From the NCBI GenBank assembly GCA_965228735.1, contig OZ245838.1, forward strand, positions 1,728,001 through 1,792,000: a DNA stretch of 64,000 bases. The letters run 5' to 3'. The stretch is from Planctomycetota bacterium (GTDB lineage: Bacteria; Planctomycetota; UBA1135; UBA2386). Shown here piece by piece: positions 37,733-47,033 of this stretch (position 1 is its first letter; each line of letters opens with the position of its first letter). Under the pieces are notes generated by a model. The model made no database searches and was not told where the DNA came from. It saw only the letters and a program-made list of their open reading frames with translations. The position numbers and the translations under genes are program-made.

Positions 37733-38737
37733 ATGATTCGTTACGCGACCGCCTGGGGCATCGCGTGGACCATGACGACGTCGCTTCTCGCTCAAACCGT
37801 GTCGGCCACGGCGACCGCCGGCAACCTGCCCGTGTCCGCGACGTACGCACCCGCTCGTTCGATACCGGCCGGCACCGACTTGACCGCCGGCGGCAGCGTC
37901 TCGACGACCGGCGCCGGCCCGCTGGGAACGACGATGGCAACGACGACGTTGCATCCGCTCGTCACCGACGAGTACGAGGTCGCCGCCACGCTCATTGCCG
38001 ATGTCGCGGCCAACGCCAACGCTCCCTTGTCGCAACTCCAGGCGACGTGCGGAACGCTGTGGGCGACGCCCGTCGGGCGCAACGACGTCCTCCTGCGGCT
38101 GTCCGCGACAACGACCGTGTTCGGCCGATTCGAGGTCACGTTCATCGGCAGCGCGAATTGGCAGGCTTCCACCCTCCACTTCGTCGACGTCATGGACGAC
38201 GGCACCTACGAGGCCAGCGCGCATCTGCCGACGCAGCCGCTGACGCCGGTGAGCTTCGGCCCCGGCACGCTGCCCGTGCGCCTGAGCAGCTACGCCGGCG
38301 GCCAGCTCAGCGCCGAGCACTGGAGCTTCGCGGAGACGGGAACGCTCGAGGTCAAGTTCGTCCCCGACTCGCGATGCGTGGCCACCATCACGTCGCCACC
38401 ATGCGGGGCGATCCGGCTCCGATGCCGCCAGAACTTCACGCTCGGAACGGACCAGCACGTCACCGGACTGCGCCCCCCCGGCCAGAGTCTGGCGGTGCTG
38501 GTGTACGGGTTCGCACCGGCGAGCTCGGCGCTGCCATTGCCGCCGGGTTGCCTCCTCACGAACGATGCCACCGCTCCGCGCCTGCTGCAGCAAGACCCCG
38601 GCGGCGAAGCCATGCACTCGATCCGCTCCGTCCCGCCAGCCCTACGCCCGATGCAGATCTTCGCGCAAGCGATCGAGCTCGACGCGTCGCAGGGCACTGC
38701 GACGACCAGCGAAAGCGTTCGAATCGACTGCCACTGA
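37733..38737 (+). CDS. Secreted hypothetical protein with the shared C-terminal domain
   Basis: AGGAG RBS; signal peptide ending AQ; IFAQAIELD motif. Confidence 0.68.
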   Translation: MIRYATAWGIAWTMTTSLLAQTVSATATAGNLPVSATYAPARSIPAGTDLTAGGSVSTTGAGPLGTTMATTTLHPLVTDEYEVAATLIADVAANANAPLSQLQATCGTLWATPVGRNDVLLRLSATTTVFGRFEVTFIGSANWQASTLHFVDVMDDGTYEASAHLPTQPLTPVSFGPGTLPVRLSSYAGGQLSAEHWSFAETGTLEVKFVPDSRCVATITSPPCGAIRLRCRQNFTLGTDQHVTGLRPPGQSLAVLVYGFAPASSALPLPPGCLLTNDATAPRLLQQDPGGEAMHSIRSVPPALRPMQIFAQAIELDASQGTATTSESVRIDCH

Positions 38738-38856
38738 CGCCGTCGACTCTCGGGGCCGACCGTTCCCCGCAGTTTGTTGTCCGCTCCACGCGCGACCCGA
38801 CGCCTCCACGGGTGTGCCAGCCGGCACTGTCACCCAACTACTCGAGAGGCCCGTCC

Positions 38857-39426
38857 ATGAAGTCGCTTCGTTCCCGTCTGCTGTCCCGCTCTGCCCTTTG
38901 CGCCATGATCGCCGCGCCGGCGCTCGTCACCGGCCTGACCACGCTCCATGACGCTTCGACGAGCGTCAACGAGACCGCGATCGAGGCGGGCCTCGAAACG
39001 CCCCCGGCGATGTTCGACCTCGCCACGGCGCAGGAGACCACGACCGTCCTGACCAACGCGCTCGTAGCGGCGGTCGCCAGCATCTCGGACACGACGCCGC
39101 CCGGCGCGACGCTCATGGAGATCGAGGCCGGCTCGAAGGCCGTCTCGGCGCTCGTCCCGGGGCACGGCTGGAACTACCGGCTGATCGACGCGACCGGGTC
39201 GCCGCTCGACCACAAGAACCAGCCGTTCGGCAACTTCGAGGTCCAGAGCCTCGCGCAGCTCGTGCTCGGCAGCCCGACGATCCAGGAGGTGCGCTTCGGC
39301 AAGCTGCGCACGCTCGTGCCGCTGACGAACGACATGCACCCCAACTGCAAGACGTGCCACGTCAACTACGACGCGCTGCCGGCCGGCACGGTCGTCGGCG
39401 CGGCGTCGATCCGCGTCAAGCTGTAG
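38857..39426 (+). CDS. Mono-heme c protein (DUF3365/Tll0287-like)
   Basis: Signal-like N-terminus; KNQP..FE and CKTCH..VVGAASI. Confidence 0.72.
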   Translation: MKSLRSRLLSRSALCAMIAAPALVTGLTTLHDASTSVNETAIEAGLETPPAMFDLATAQETTTVLTNALVAAVASISDTTPPGATLMEIEAGSKAVSALVPGHGWNYRLIDATGSPLDHKNQPFGNFEVQSLAQLVLGSPTIQEVRFGKLRTLVPLTNDMHPNCKTCHVNYDALPAGTVVGAASIRVKL

Positions 39427-39458
39427 CTCGACGCGAACCGCCGCGGGCGCTGCGGCGC

Positions 39459-40034
39459 TCAGTTCTTCTTGCGCCCGCTCGCCTCCGCCGCCTTGCCCTG
39501 CTTGGCGGCGCGGCGCGTGTACTTGATCGTCAGCGTCTTCATCATCTCGCCGTTGGCCTTCATGTACATCTCGAAGAGGTGCTCATCCTTGCTCTTGGTC
39601 GTGGTGACGTAGCGGTAGTCGGTCATGTTGCCGTCCATCCCGATGGCCTTGCCGGTCATCGTGAGGACCTTGCCCGAGTCGTCGAAGGTGCCCTTCATCA
39701 CGGAGAGGAACGGGCTCATCGAGTCCGTCCACGTCGCGATGTGCTTCTTCTCGAGCGGGTCGTAGCCGTTCATGCCGTGACCGACGAACTTCTGCCCCAT
39801 GACCTCGCTCTGGAAGTCGTCGATGAGCCAGAAGCCGCCGGGCAGCATCTTCTTCTTGGAGACGCCCTTGGACTTCTCCCAACCGGTCGGGCCCATCACC
39901 GACATCTCGGCGTCCCAGGTGCCGACCATCGCCGCGAGCGCCTTGTGCTCGGGACCGGGCGTCGGCATTTCTTCCTGCGCGGCGAGGGGAAGGGTGAGGC
40001 AGAGAGCAAGAGCGGAGAGCGAGAGGTTCTTCAT
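39459..40034 (-). CDS. DUF1579-like secreted protein
   Basis: PGPEH..MVGTW, GYDP..TWTDSM, YTR C-terminus. Confidence 0.82.
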   Translation of the reverse strand: MKNLSLSALALCLTLPLAAQEEMPTPGPEHKALAAMVGTWDAEMSVMGPTGWEKSKGVSKKKMLPGGFWLIDDFQSEVMGQKFVGHGMNGYDPLEKKHIATWTDSMSPFLSVMKGTFDDSGKVLTMTGKAIGMDGNMTDYRYVTTTKSKDEHLFEMYMKANGEMMKTLTIKYTRRAAKQGKAAEASGRKKN

Positions 40035-40174
40035 GAGTGGATCGCGAGCTTCGGTTCGGGAGTAGCCGGGCCATCGCGCCGGCTGGGCGCAGTGTAGCGG
40101 CACGCGCCCGCCATACGTCGCAGGAAGCCCGGGGGGCTGGCGAACTGCCCGAATCGGTGATCCGATTCACCGTC

Positions 40175-42418
40175 ATGGGATCTGCCACGGCCCTCTCGCG
40201 AGCGCTGCTCGCGCTCGGCGTCTCGCTGGCGGCCGGCTGTGCGATCGTCGGGCCCTGGGAGCGGGAGCTCGAACGGGCCGCGCTGGCGCAGGACCTCGGC
40301 CAGGATCCGGCCGAACTGCTCGCGGCCATCGCCCGAGCCCCCGCGGAGGAGCGCCGCCTGCGAGTGCTCGACATCCAGGCGGACATGCCGGCGGACGACC
40401 GACTTCGTCTGCTGCGGTTCGGACTCGGCCACGATCGCGAGATGGTCGTGTTCGGTGCCGTTCTCTTGATGCCGATGCGCCTGGCGGTGCCGGAGCTCGC
40501 GAACGCGGCCCGCATCGTGCTCCCCCGCATCGGCCAGGCGGACTGCCCGGTGTCCGCGGAGCAGGCCCGGCCCTTGATCGGCAGCGCCGACTTCGGCGCC
40601 TTGGCGAAGGTGCTTCCGCGGCTGGATCCGGAAATCGCCACGCGCTTCGTGCACGACCTTCACCGTATGGCACGACCGAGCGCGATCCCGACGATGTGCC
40701 GACTCGCGAATGAATCCGACGGCGCACTGCGTGACGCGTGGCTCAGCAACTTGCGTCTCGTCGTGAACTACGACGGACGGCACGCCGAACGCGTGTTTCG
40801 CGCATGGCTCGCGGGCCGCGACCTCGAGCCCCATCCCGACGCGTCAGGCCGACTGCCTGGCGTGCTGCGGGCCATGCTGCGCGCCGCGCCGGAGCACGGT
40901 TTTCCCGGCACTCGATGGCTCTATCGCTCCACGCCGGGCGCCGCCGACCTGCCGCTGCTCCAGGGACTGCTCGCGACCGACTGCTGGGCAACCGGCTGTT
41001 CGGCGGCGTGGGCGCTCGGCGCGATGTCGGATCCCGAATCCCTCGCGATCCTACGCGGCGATCCGCCGGCCAACGTGCACTCGCTGGTCTGGGTCGCGGC
41101 GCGCGCGCGGCGCGGTGACGCTGCGGCTCTCGACGCGTTGTTCGCCGGCGACACCGCGCACCTGATGTTCGCGCTGTCGATCGCGGAGCCCGAACGTCGG
41201 CGACGCTACTTCGCGGAGCTGCTCTCGCGACCGGCCGCGGAGGCGGCGCAGACCGCCTACCATCTCGGCTGGTGGCCTCGCGCCAGCGTCGTCGAGACCC
41301 CGGTCGATCCGCCATACGACGATCTGTGGTTCGACGGCCTCGAGCCGATGCTCGCCGCGCGCGACGACGTGCACCCCGTCGTGCTGCGCGCGTTCGTCGA
41401 CGCGCTGCCCGCCTGCGAGACGATCCGCCTCGCGGATCGGCTGCTCGATGCCCCGACGAACGAGCTGTTCGGCAGACTCGACGACGAGGACTGGCTCAAC
41501 TATCGGTGCGTCGGTCACGGCGGGGTGTGGGCCTTTCTCGAGGTCACGCGACCGGAACGGTTTCGTCGCCTCCTGCGCGCCGGCGTGACCGGCGACGACG
41601 AGGCGGTACGGGCTCGCTGCGCCGCGCTGCTGGCGCGACTGGGCAGCCACACGGAAGCCGAGCCGCTCGCGGCGATCGCGGAGTGGCTGGTGGCCGAGGG
41701 CGACGACATCGACTGGCAGCTGTTCGCCAGAGGCGGCGACCGCGCGGTCGTCCAGGTGCTGGAGAAGAAGCTCGACACCGTCCCCGCAGTTCTCCGCGGC
41801 ACCGTGCTCGCTGCCATCGCCGTCGCGCACGGCATGCCGGTCGGCGTCGGCTGGGATCCCGAACGCTCCGCGGGCGACCCCGCCGGCGTGCGCCGAGCCG
41901 TCCTCGCCGGCGATCCAGCGCGGGCGTACGTCCTCAGCAAACCAGAACTGCCGACCTTCCGCGCCCTGCCGGTCGTGCAGTGGCGACAGCCAGGCGTGAC
42001 GACGTACCTGGCCGAACGCCGCGCCAACCCGGACGAGTCCCACGATCCCCAGTCGCTGTACGGGTTCGACCTCGCGTGGAACCTCGCCCACGGCACAACA
42101 GTGGATCGCGAGCGCCTGATGCAACCGATCATCGACGGACGCTATGCGACCCACGACACGTTCCCGGCCGACGTCGCGGCCGCGGCCTGGGACCTCGACG
42201 GTCTGCCGTTCTGGATCGACGAACTCGGCACCAACTGCTGCAAGGTCGGGTTGATCGACGAGGTTCTTGAGCAGTTCTTCGGCTGCGACAGCGAAGCGTT
42301 CGACCGCAGCGAGTACCTCGAACCAGCCGCAGCGTTCCTCCGTCGCACGCTGCTGCCCGTGCGGGACCGCCTGCGCTGGAGCCGCATCGCGAACGGCTAC
42401 GTCGTCGCTGGCCGCTGA
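40175..42418 (+). CDS. HEAT-like repeat lipoprotein
   Basis: Lipobox AAGC; AAWALGAM and VRARCAALLARLG helical repeats. Confidence 0.6.
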   Translation: MGSATALSRALLALGVSLAAGCAIVGPWERELERAALAQDLGQDPAELLAAIARAPAEERRLRVLDIQADMPADDRLRLLRFGLGHDREMVVFGAVLLMPMRLAVPELANAARIVLPRIGQADCPVSAEQARPLIGSADFGALAKVLPRLDPEIATRFVHDLHRMARPSAIPTMCRLANESDGALRDAWLSNLRLVVNYDGRHAERVFRAWLAGRDLEPHPDASGRLPGVLRAMLRAAPEHGFPGTRWLYRSTPGAADLPLLQGLLATDCWATGCSAAWALGAMSDPESLAILRGDPPANVHSLVWVAARARRGDAAALDALFAGDTAHLMFALSIAEPERRRRYFAELLSRPAAEAAQTAYHLGWWPRASVVETPVDPPYDDLWFDGLEPMLAARDDVHPVVLRAFVDALPACETIRLADRLLDAPTNELFGRLDDEDWLNYRCVGHGGVWAFLEVTRPERFRRLLRAGVTGDDEAVRARCAALLARLGSHTEAEPLAAIAEWLVAEGDDIDWQLFARGGDRAVVQVLEKKLDTVPAVLRGTVLAAIAVAHGMPVGVGWDPERSAGDPAGVRRAVLAGDPARAYVLSKPELPTFRALPVVQWRQPGVTTYLAERRANPDESHDPQSLYGFDLAWNLAHGTTVDRERLMQPIIDGRYATHDTFPADVAAAAWDLDGLPFWIDELGTNCCKVGLIDEVLEQFFGCDSEAFDRSEYLEPAAAFLRRTLLPVRDRLRWSRIANGYVVAGR

Positions 42419-42533
42419 GCCGACAGCACTTGCGCTGTCGGGCAACGTCGCGCCCGGCCGTCGCCACACTACCTCTCGGCGGACGCTATCCTGAACGACG
42501 CACCCGATCCGGCAACGCGTACCCGTCCACCGC

Positions 42534-42554
42534 TATTGCGACTGGGTCTCAAAT
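42534..42554. promoter_or_regulatory. Fur-like palindromic operator (copy 1)
   Basis: TATTGCGACTGGGTCTCAAAT; near-identical copy at 52281. Confidence 0.55.
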
Positions 42555-42605
42555 TGCTTTAGCGTCCGCACCCCAGGCCCCCACCCCACAGACGACCCCA
42601 CACCG

Positions 42606-44039
42606 ATGAAGCACCCGTCCATCCTCTCGCTGCTCACGCTGGCGCTCACGTCCCCCGCGCTCGCCCAGATCCCACAGCTCGTGCCGTTCGACGGGACGCT
42701 CGATCTCATGGTCGTCGACTCCTCGTTCGACGGCATCTGGCGGCTCGCCGATCTCAACCAGGACGGTGACTACCTCGACGGCGGCGAGATCACGACGTTC
42801 TACAGCGACACGATCGGGTCGATCGCACTGACCAACCCCAACTGCATCGCGGTTTCGCCGCTCGGCTCGACCTACATCGGCGACTCGACGGCCGACGTGA
42901 TCGTCGCGCTCGTCGACCTCGACGCGGACGGCAGCGCGAACGGTGCCGGTGAACACACCGTGTTCTTCGACAGCGCGACCAACGCGAGCGGCATCGTCAT
43001 GCCGTCGATCCAGGGGCTCACAGTGGCGGCCAGCAGCGAGGTGTTCGCCGCGGTGTCCAACACGAGCTCCAGCGGCGTCGACATGATCGTGCGGCTCTTC
43101 GACAGCAACGCCGACGGCGACGCCAACGACCTCGGCGAGGCCACGATCTACTGTCAGATTCCCAACGCGTCGACGGGCGTCGGGGACTCGATCCCGACCA
43201 TGGTCGTCGCCGGCCCCGACACCAGGCTGTACTACACCGACGTCGGCGCGACCGGCGCGGTCACGAAGGGCGTCTGGCGGCTCGACGACCTCAACTTCGA
43301 CGGCGACTGCAACGACCCGGGCGAGGTCAACCTGTTCTGGACGCCGCCCGCCCCGGGCAATGCGTTCTACTGGTCGCTCGCCGTCGACCGCGACGGCTAC
43401 TTCTACGTCACCGACCACGGCAACGAGACGATCTGGCGCGGCCGTGACGGCAATGGCGACAACGTCATCGACACGACCGAGGAGCAGCTGTTCTACCAGA
43501 CTGCGAGTTCGACCTGGTGGGACATCGTGCTGCGCGACGACGGCGTCGTGCTCGTCTGCGAGGACCAGAGCCCCGACCGCATCACCGCGCTCGTCGACCT
43601 CAACAACGACGGCGACGCGCTCGATCCCGGCGAGTCATCCGACGTCTACGCCGATGGCCTCACCGCCGTCGACCTGCGCCCGCGCGGCGCGGCCTTCCTG
43701 CGGGCGCCCGAGCTCGCGGTCGTGCCGAACACCGTCATGATCGGCAACGCGAGCACGGTCTTCGTCACCGCGGGCAAGCCCGGCGACCTCGTGATCCTCG
43801 GTGCGTCGTTCGGCCTGCAACCGCCGAGCCCGCTCGCGCCGTTCGGCGAAGCCGAGCTGAACCCGGCGCTCGTGGTGTCGTTCGGCCTGAGCTTCGCGAA
43901 CCCGTCGGCGCAGACCTCGACGCCGATCAACATCCCGAACAACCCGAGCGTGGTCGGCAACTACGGCTTCCAGGCCCTCGCCGGCGATCTGTTCCGGCCG
44001 TTCCTGAGCAACGGCGGCCTCCTGACCGTCACGCCGTAG
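42606..44039 (+). CDS. Secreted beta-propeller-like protein with DxNxDGD Ca-binding-like repeats
   Basis: Signal peptide ending AQ; about six repeats such as DLNQDGD, DSNADGD, DLNFDGD and DLNNDGD. Confidence 0.75.
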   Translation: MKHPSILSLLTLALTSPALAQIPQLVPFDGTLDLMVVDSSFDGIWRLADLNQDGDYLDGGEITTFYSDTIGSIALTNPNCIAVSPLGSTYIGDSTADVIVALVDLDADGSANGAGEHTVFFDSATNASGIVMPSIQGLTVAASSEVFAAVSNTSSSGVDMIVRLFDSNADGDANDLGEATIYCQIPNASTGVGDSIPTMVVAGPDTRLYYTDVGATGAVTKGVWRLDDLNFDGDCNDPGEVNLFWTPPAPGNAFYWSLAVDRDGYFYVTDHGNETIWRGRDGNGDNVIDTTEEQLFYQTASSTWWDIVLRDDGVVLVCEDQSPDRITALVDLNNDGDALDPGESSDVYADGLTAVDLRPRGAAFLRAPELAVVPNTVMIGNASTVFVTAGKPGDLVILGASFGLQPPSPLAPFGEAELNPALVVSFGLSFANPSAQTSTPINIPNNPSVVGNYGFQALAGDLFRPFLSNGGLLTVTP

Positions 44040-44116
44040 CTCCGTCCCTGCCCGCGGCGTCGGAGCGGTGCGGGATTGCATAGCGCCCGCGGCCGCACCA
44101 CACTCCCGGTCCGCTC

Positions 44117-45484
44117 ATGGCGTTCCACGGTCTCGCCTTCCGGGTCGGCCTGCCGATCCTGCTGCTCGTCCTCGTCGAGACCATCGCGCTCGCCGTCTAC
44201 ATGACGATGCAGGTCGCGGCCGAGGCGCGATCGCAGCTCGAACGACTCGCGGCCGCCGACGCCGCGTTCATCGCGCAGGCCAGCCTGCCGCTCACCGAAG
44301 GGCTCGCGCGCGACCTGCAGCGGGTCACCGGGTTCGAGGTGTTCTTCCGCGGCCCGCGCGACGTGATGCCGGCCGTCAGCGACCCCCTGAAAGCGGCTGC
44401 GATCGAACGCATCCCGGCCGACGGCAGCGCCCACGCGGACGGCGCCTTCGAGTTCGTCGCCGTGCCGCTCGCGGCGAGCATCGACTCCGCCTCGGGTCGC
44501 GCGCTCGTGCTCGCGCGCGCGCGCGGCGGCGAGGCGTTCGACCCGCGCATCCTGCAGGTCCTCGGGGCGTTCTGGCTGCTCGCCATCGTGGCCGCCTGGC
44601 TCGGTGTGCGCAGTCTCGTGCGTCCGCTCCGCCGACTGACGGCCCACCTGCCGGCGATCGAGAGCACGGCACCGATCGACGTGCCCGAAGCCACCCGCCC
44701 GGACGAGATCGGCGACCTCGCGCGCGCGTTCATCGGCACCCGCCGGGCGCTGCACGAAGAACGCGAATTGCGGGCACGCATGGAGAAGACCGCGATGCTC
44801 GGGCGCATGACTGCCTCCCTCGCCCACGAGGTGCAGAACCCGGTCGCGGCGATCCAGCTGCACGCCCAGCTGCTGCGGGACGGTGACCCCGAGAGTTCGC
44901 GCGCAGCCGCCGACGTCATCGAGCGCGAGGCCGCGCGGATCGACGGACTGATCAGCCAGTGGCTGTTCCTCACCCGCCCCGAGCCGCCGGCGCTGCTGTC
45001 GCACGACCTCGGCGAGATCGCCGCCAAGGCGCTCGCGACGCACCGGGCCCAGCTAGAGCACAGCGACGTCGAGGCCGCGCTGCACCGCGACGGTGACGCG
45101 ACGCTCCTGTGCGACGCGCGTCGCCTCGGCCAGGTCGTCGACAACCTCGTCGTGAACGCCATCCAGGCGATGCCGAACGGCGGCGCGCTCGACATCCGCG
45201 TCGCCACTGCAGGCGCCGACGACGTCCACCTCAGCGTCGCCGACCGCGGCACGGGCTTCTCCGAATCCGCGCTCAGCAAGAGCGCCGAGTTCTTCTACAG
45301 CGAGAAGGAGGGCGGCATGGGCATCGGCCTCGGCGTCGCGACGGAGATCGTGCGCGCGCACGGCGGCACGCTCGCGGTTGCGAACCGGGACGGCGGCGGC
45401 GCCGTTGTCACCGTGACCCTGCCGCGGCACGGACCCGAGAATCCCCCCACCCCCGCCGCTCCCGAGGAGTCGGCCCAGCGATGA
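44117..45484 (+). CDS. Sensor histidine kinase (HAMP, HisKA, HATPase)
   Basis: Two TMs, DEIGDLA, LAHEVQNP, NAIQA, DRGTG, GMGIGL. Confidence 0.93.
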   Translation: MAFHGLAFRVGLPILLLVLVETIALAVYMTMQVAAEARSQLERLAAADAAFIAQASLPLTEGLARDLQRVTGFEVFFRGPRDVMPAVSDPLKAAAIERIPADGSAHADGAFEFVAVPLAASIDSASGRALVLARARGGEAFDPRILQVLGAFWLLAIVAAWLGVRSLVRPLRRLTAHLPAIESTAPIDVPEATRPDEIGDLARAFIGTRRALHEERELRARMEKTAMLGRMTASLAHEVQNPVAAIQLHAQLLRDGDPESSRAAADVIEREAARIDGLISQWLFLTRPEPPALLSHDLGEIAAKALATHRAQLEHSDVEAALHRDGDATLLCDARRLGQVVDNLVVNAIQAMPNGGALDIRVATAGADDVHLSVADRGTGFSESALSKSAEFFYSEKEGGMGIGLGVATEIVRAHGGTLAVANRDGGGAVVTVTLPRHGPENPPTPAAPEESAQR

Positions 45485-46866
45485 AGTCGATCGTCATCAT
45501 CGAGGACGAAGCCGCGCTCGCCTCCGCGCTCGCGATCAGCGTTCGGCGCATGGGCTTTCTGCCGTACACCGCGGCGTCGGCGATGCGCGGCCTGCAGGTC
45601 GTCGGGCGGGAGCGGCCGGTGCTCGTGGTGCTCGACATCGGCCTGCCGGACGCGAGCGGGATCGAGGTGCTCGCCGAGATCCGCAAGCGGGCACCGGAGC
45701 TGCCCGTGCTCGTCATCACGGCCCACGGCAACCTGCAGAACGCGGTCGACGCGCGCCAGCGCGGGGCATCCGGATACCTCGTCAAACCGCTCGACGTGGC
45801 CGAGTTCGAGACCACGATCCGCTCGCTGCTGCGCACCGACGTCGCGATCACCGCCGCCCCCACGGCGGTCGAGGACCCGACGCCGCTGCTCATCGGGTCG
45901 GCGCCCGCGATGCAGCCGGCGTTCGCGGCGATCGCCCACGCCTGCGCCGCCGATGTGCCGGTCCTGCTCTCCGGGCCGATCGGCGTCGGCAAGTCACTCG
46001 CGGCGCGCATCGTGCACCGGAGCAGCGCCCGGCAAAGCGGCCCGTTCGTCACGATGCGCTGCGCCGGCCTGCCAGGGGATCGACTCGAGGCCGAGCTCTT
46101 CGGCAGCGGCGCGAACGCCGGCCAAGTCGAACGCGCCGCGTCGGGCACGTTGTTCCTCGACGAAGTCGGCGAACTGCCGCCGAGTGCGCAGATCGGGCTG
46201 CTGCGGCTCATCGAGGACGGGACCTTCGCACGGGTGGGTGACCCGGAGGACCGACGCGCCGACGTTCGCGTCCTCGCTGCCTCGACCGCGGACCTGCTGA
46301 CCGCCTCGCAGGAGAAGCACTTCCGCGAGGACCTGCTCTACCGGCTGCGCGTGCTCGAGGTGCAACTGCCCGCACTCGCCGAACGCGCGAGTGACGTGCC
46401 GGCGCTCTGCGCCTACCTGCTCGCGCGGATCCGGAAGGGCGATGCGAACGAGCTGGCCCTGTCGGAGGAAGCGCTCGCGGTCCTGCAACGCCACAGCTGG
46501 CCGGGCAACGTGCGTGAACTCCGCAGCGCGCTCGAGCACGCGGCCACCGTGAGCAACGGTTCGATCATCCTCGAACGGAACCTGCCCGCCGATCTGCTCG
46601 CGGCCGCCGGCGACGCGCCGGCGGCAACCGCGTTGCTCGACCGCGTGCTCCCCGAGTGGATCGAGCGCCGGCTGCCGGTGGCCAAGACCTACGACGCGCT
46701 CCACGGCGAGCTCGAGGCGCGCCTGCTCGCGACCCTGCTGCCGCGCTACGAGGGCAAGCCGACCCTGCTCGCCCGCGCGCTGTCGATGAACCGCGCGACG
46801 TTGCGAAAGCGGCTGCGCGAGTACGGGCTCGCGAAGGCCGGCGACGGCGATGACACCGACGCTTGA
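45481..46866 (+). CDS. NtrC-family response regulator (REC-AAA+-HTH) lacking the GAFTGA loop
   Basis: LDIGLPD, GPIGVGKS, LFLDEVG, FREDLLYRL, WPGNVREL. Confidence 0.9.
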   Translation: MKSIVIIEDEAALASALAISVRRMGFLPYTAASAMRGLQVVGRERPVLVVLDIGLPDASGIEVLAEIRKRAPELPVLVITAHGNLQNAVDARQRGASGYLVKPLDVAEFETTIRSLLRTDVAITAAPTAVEDPTPLLIGSAPAMQPAFAAIAHACAADVPVLLSGPIGVGKSLAARIVHRSSARQSGPFVTMRCAGLPGDRLEAELFGSGANAGQVERAASGTLFLDEVGELPPSAQIGLLRLIEDGTFARVGDPEDRRADVRVLAASTADLLTASQEKHFREDLLYRLRVLEVQLPALAERASDVPALCAYLLARIRKGDANELALSEEALAVLQRHSWPGNVRELRSALEHAATVSNGSIILERNLPADLLAAAGDAPAATALLDRVLPEWIERRLPVAKTYDALHGELEARLLATLLPRYEGKPTLLARALSMNRATLRKRLREYGLAKAGDGDDTDA

Positions 46867-47033
46867 GCGACGCGCGCGAGGGCCGGGAGGGACAGAAGTT
46901 GCCCAGCCGGCGTTCGTTCGTGGTCACGCCCCATCCATCTGTCAGCAACGAGGATAGAAACAGGGCCGAAGGTGGACTCCCGGCGGGTCGGGGCTGAACT
47001 TCGACGGCTCGACGCCCGTTCCGCGACCCGACG

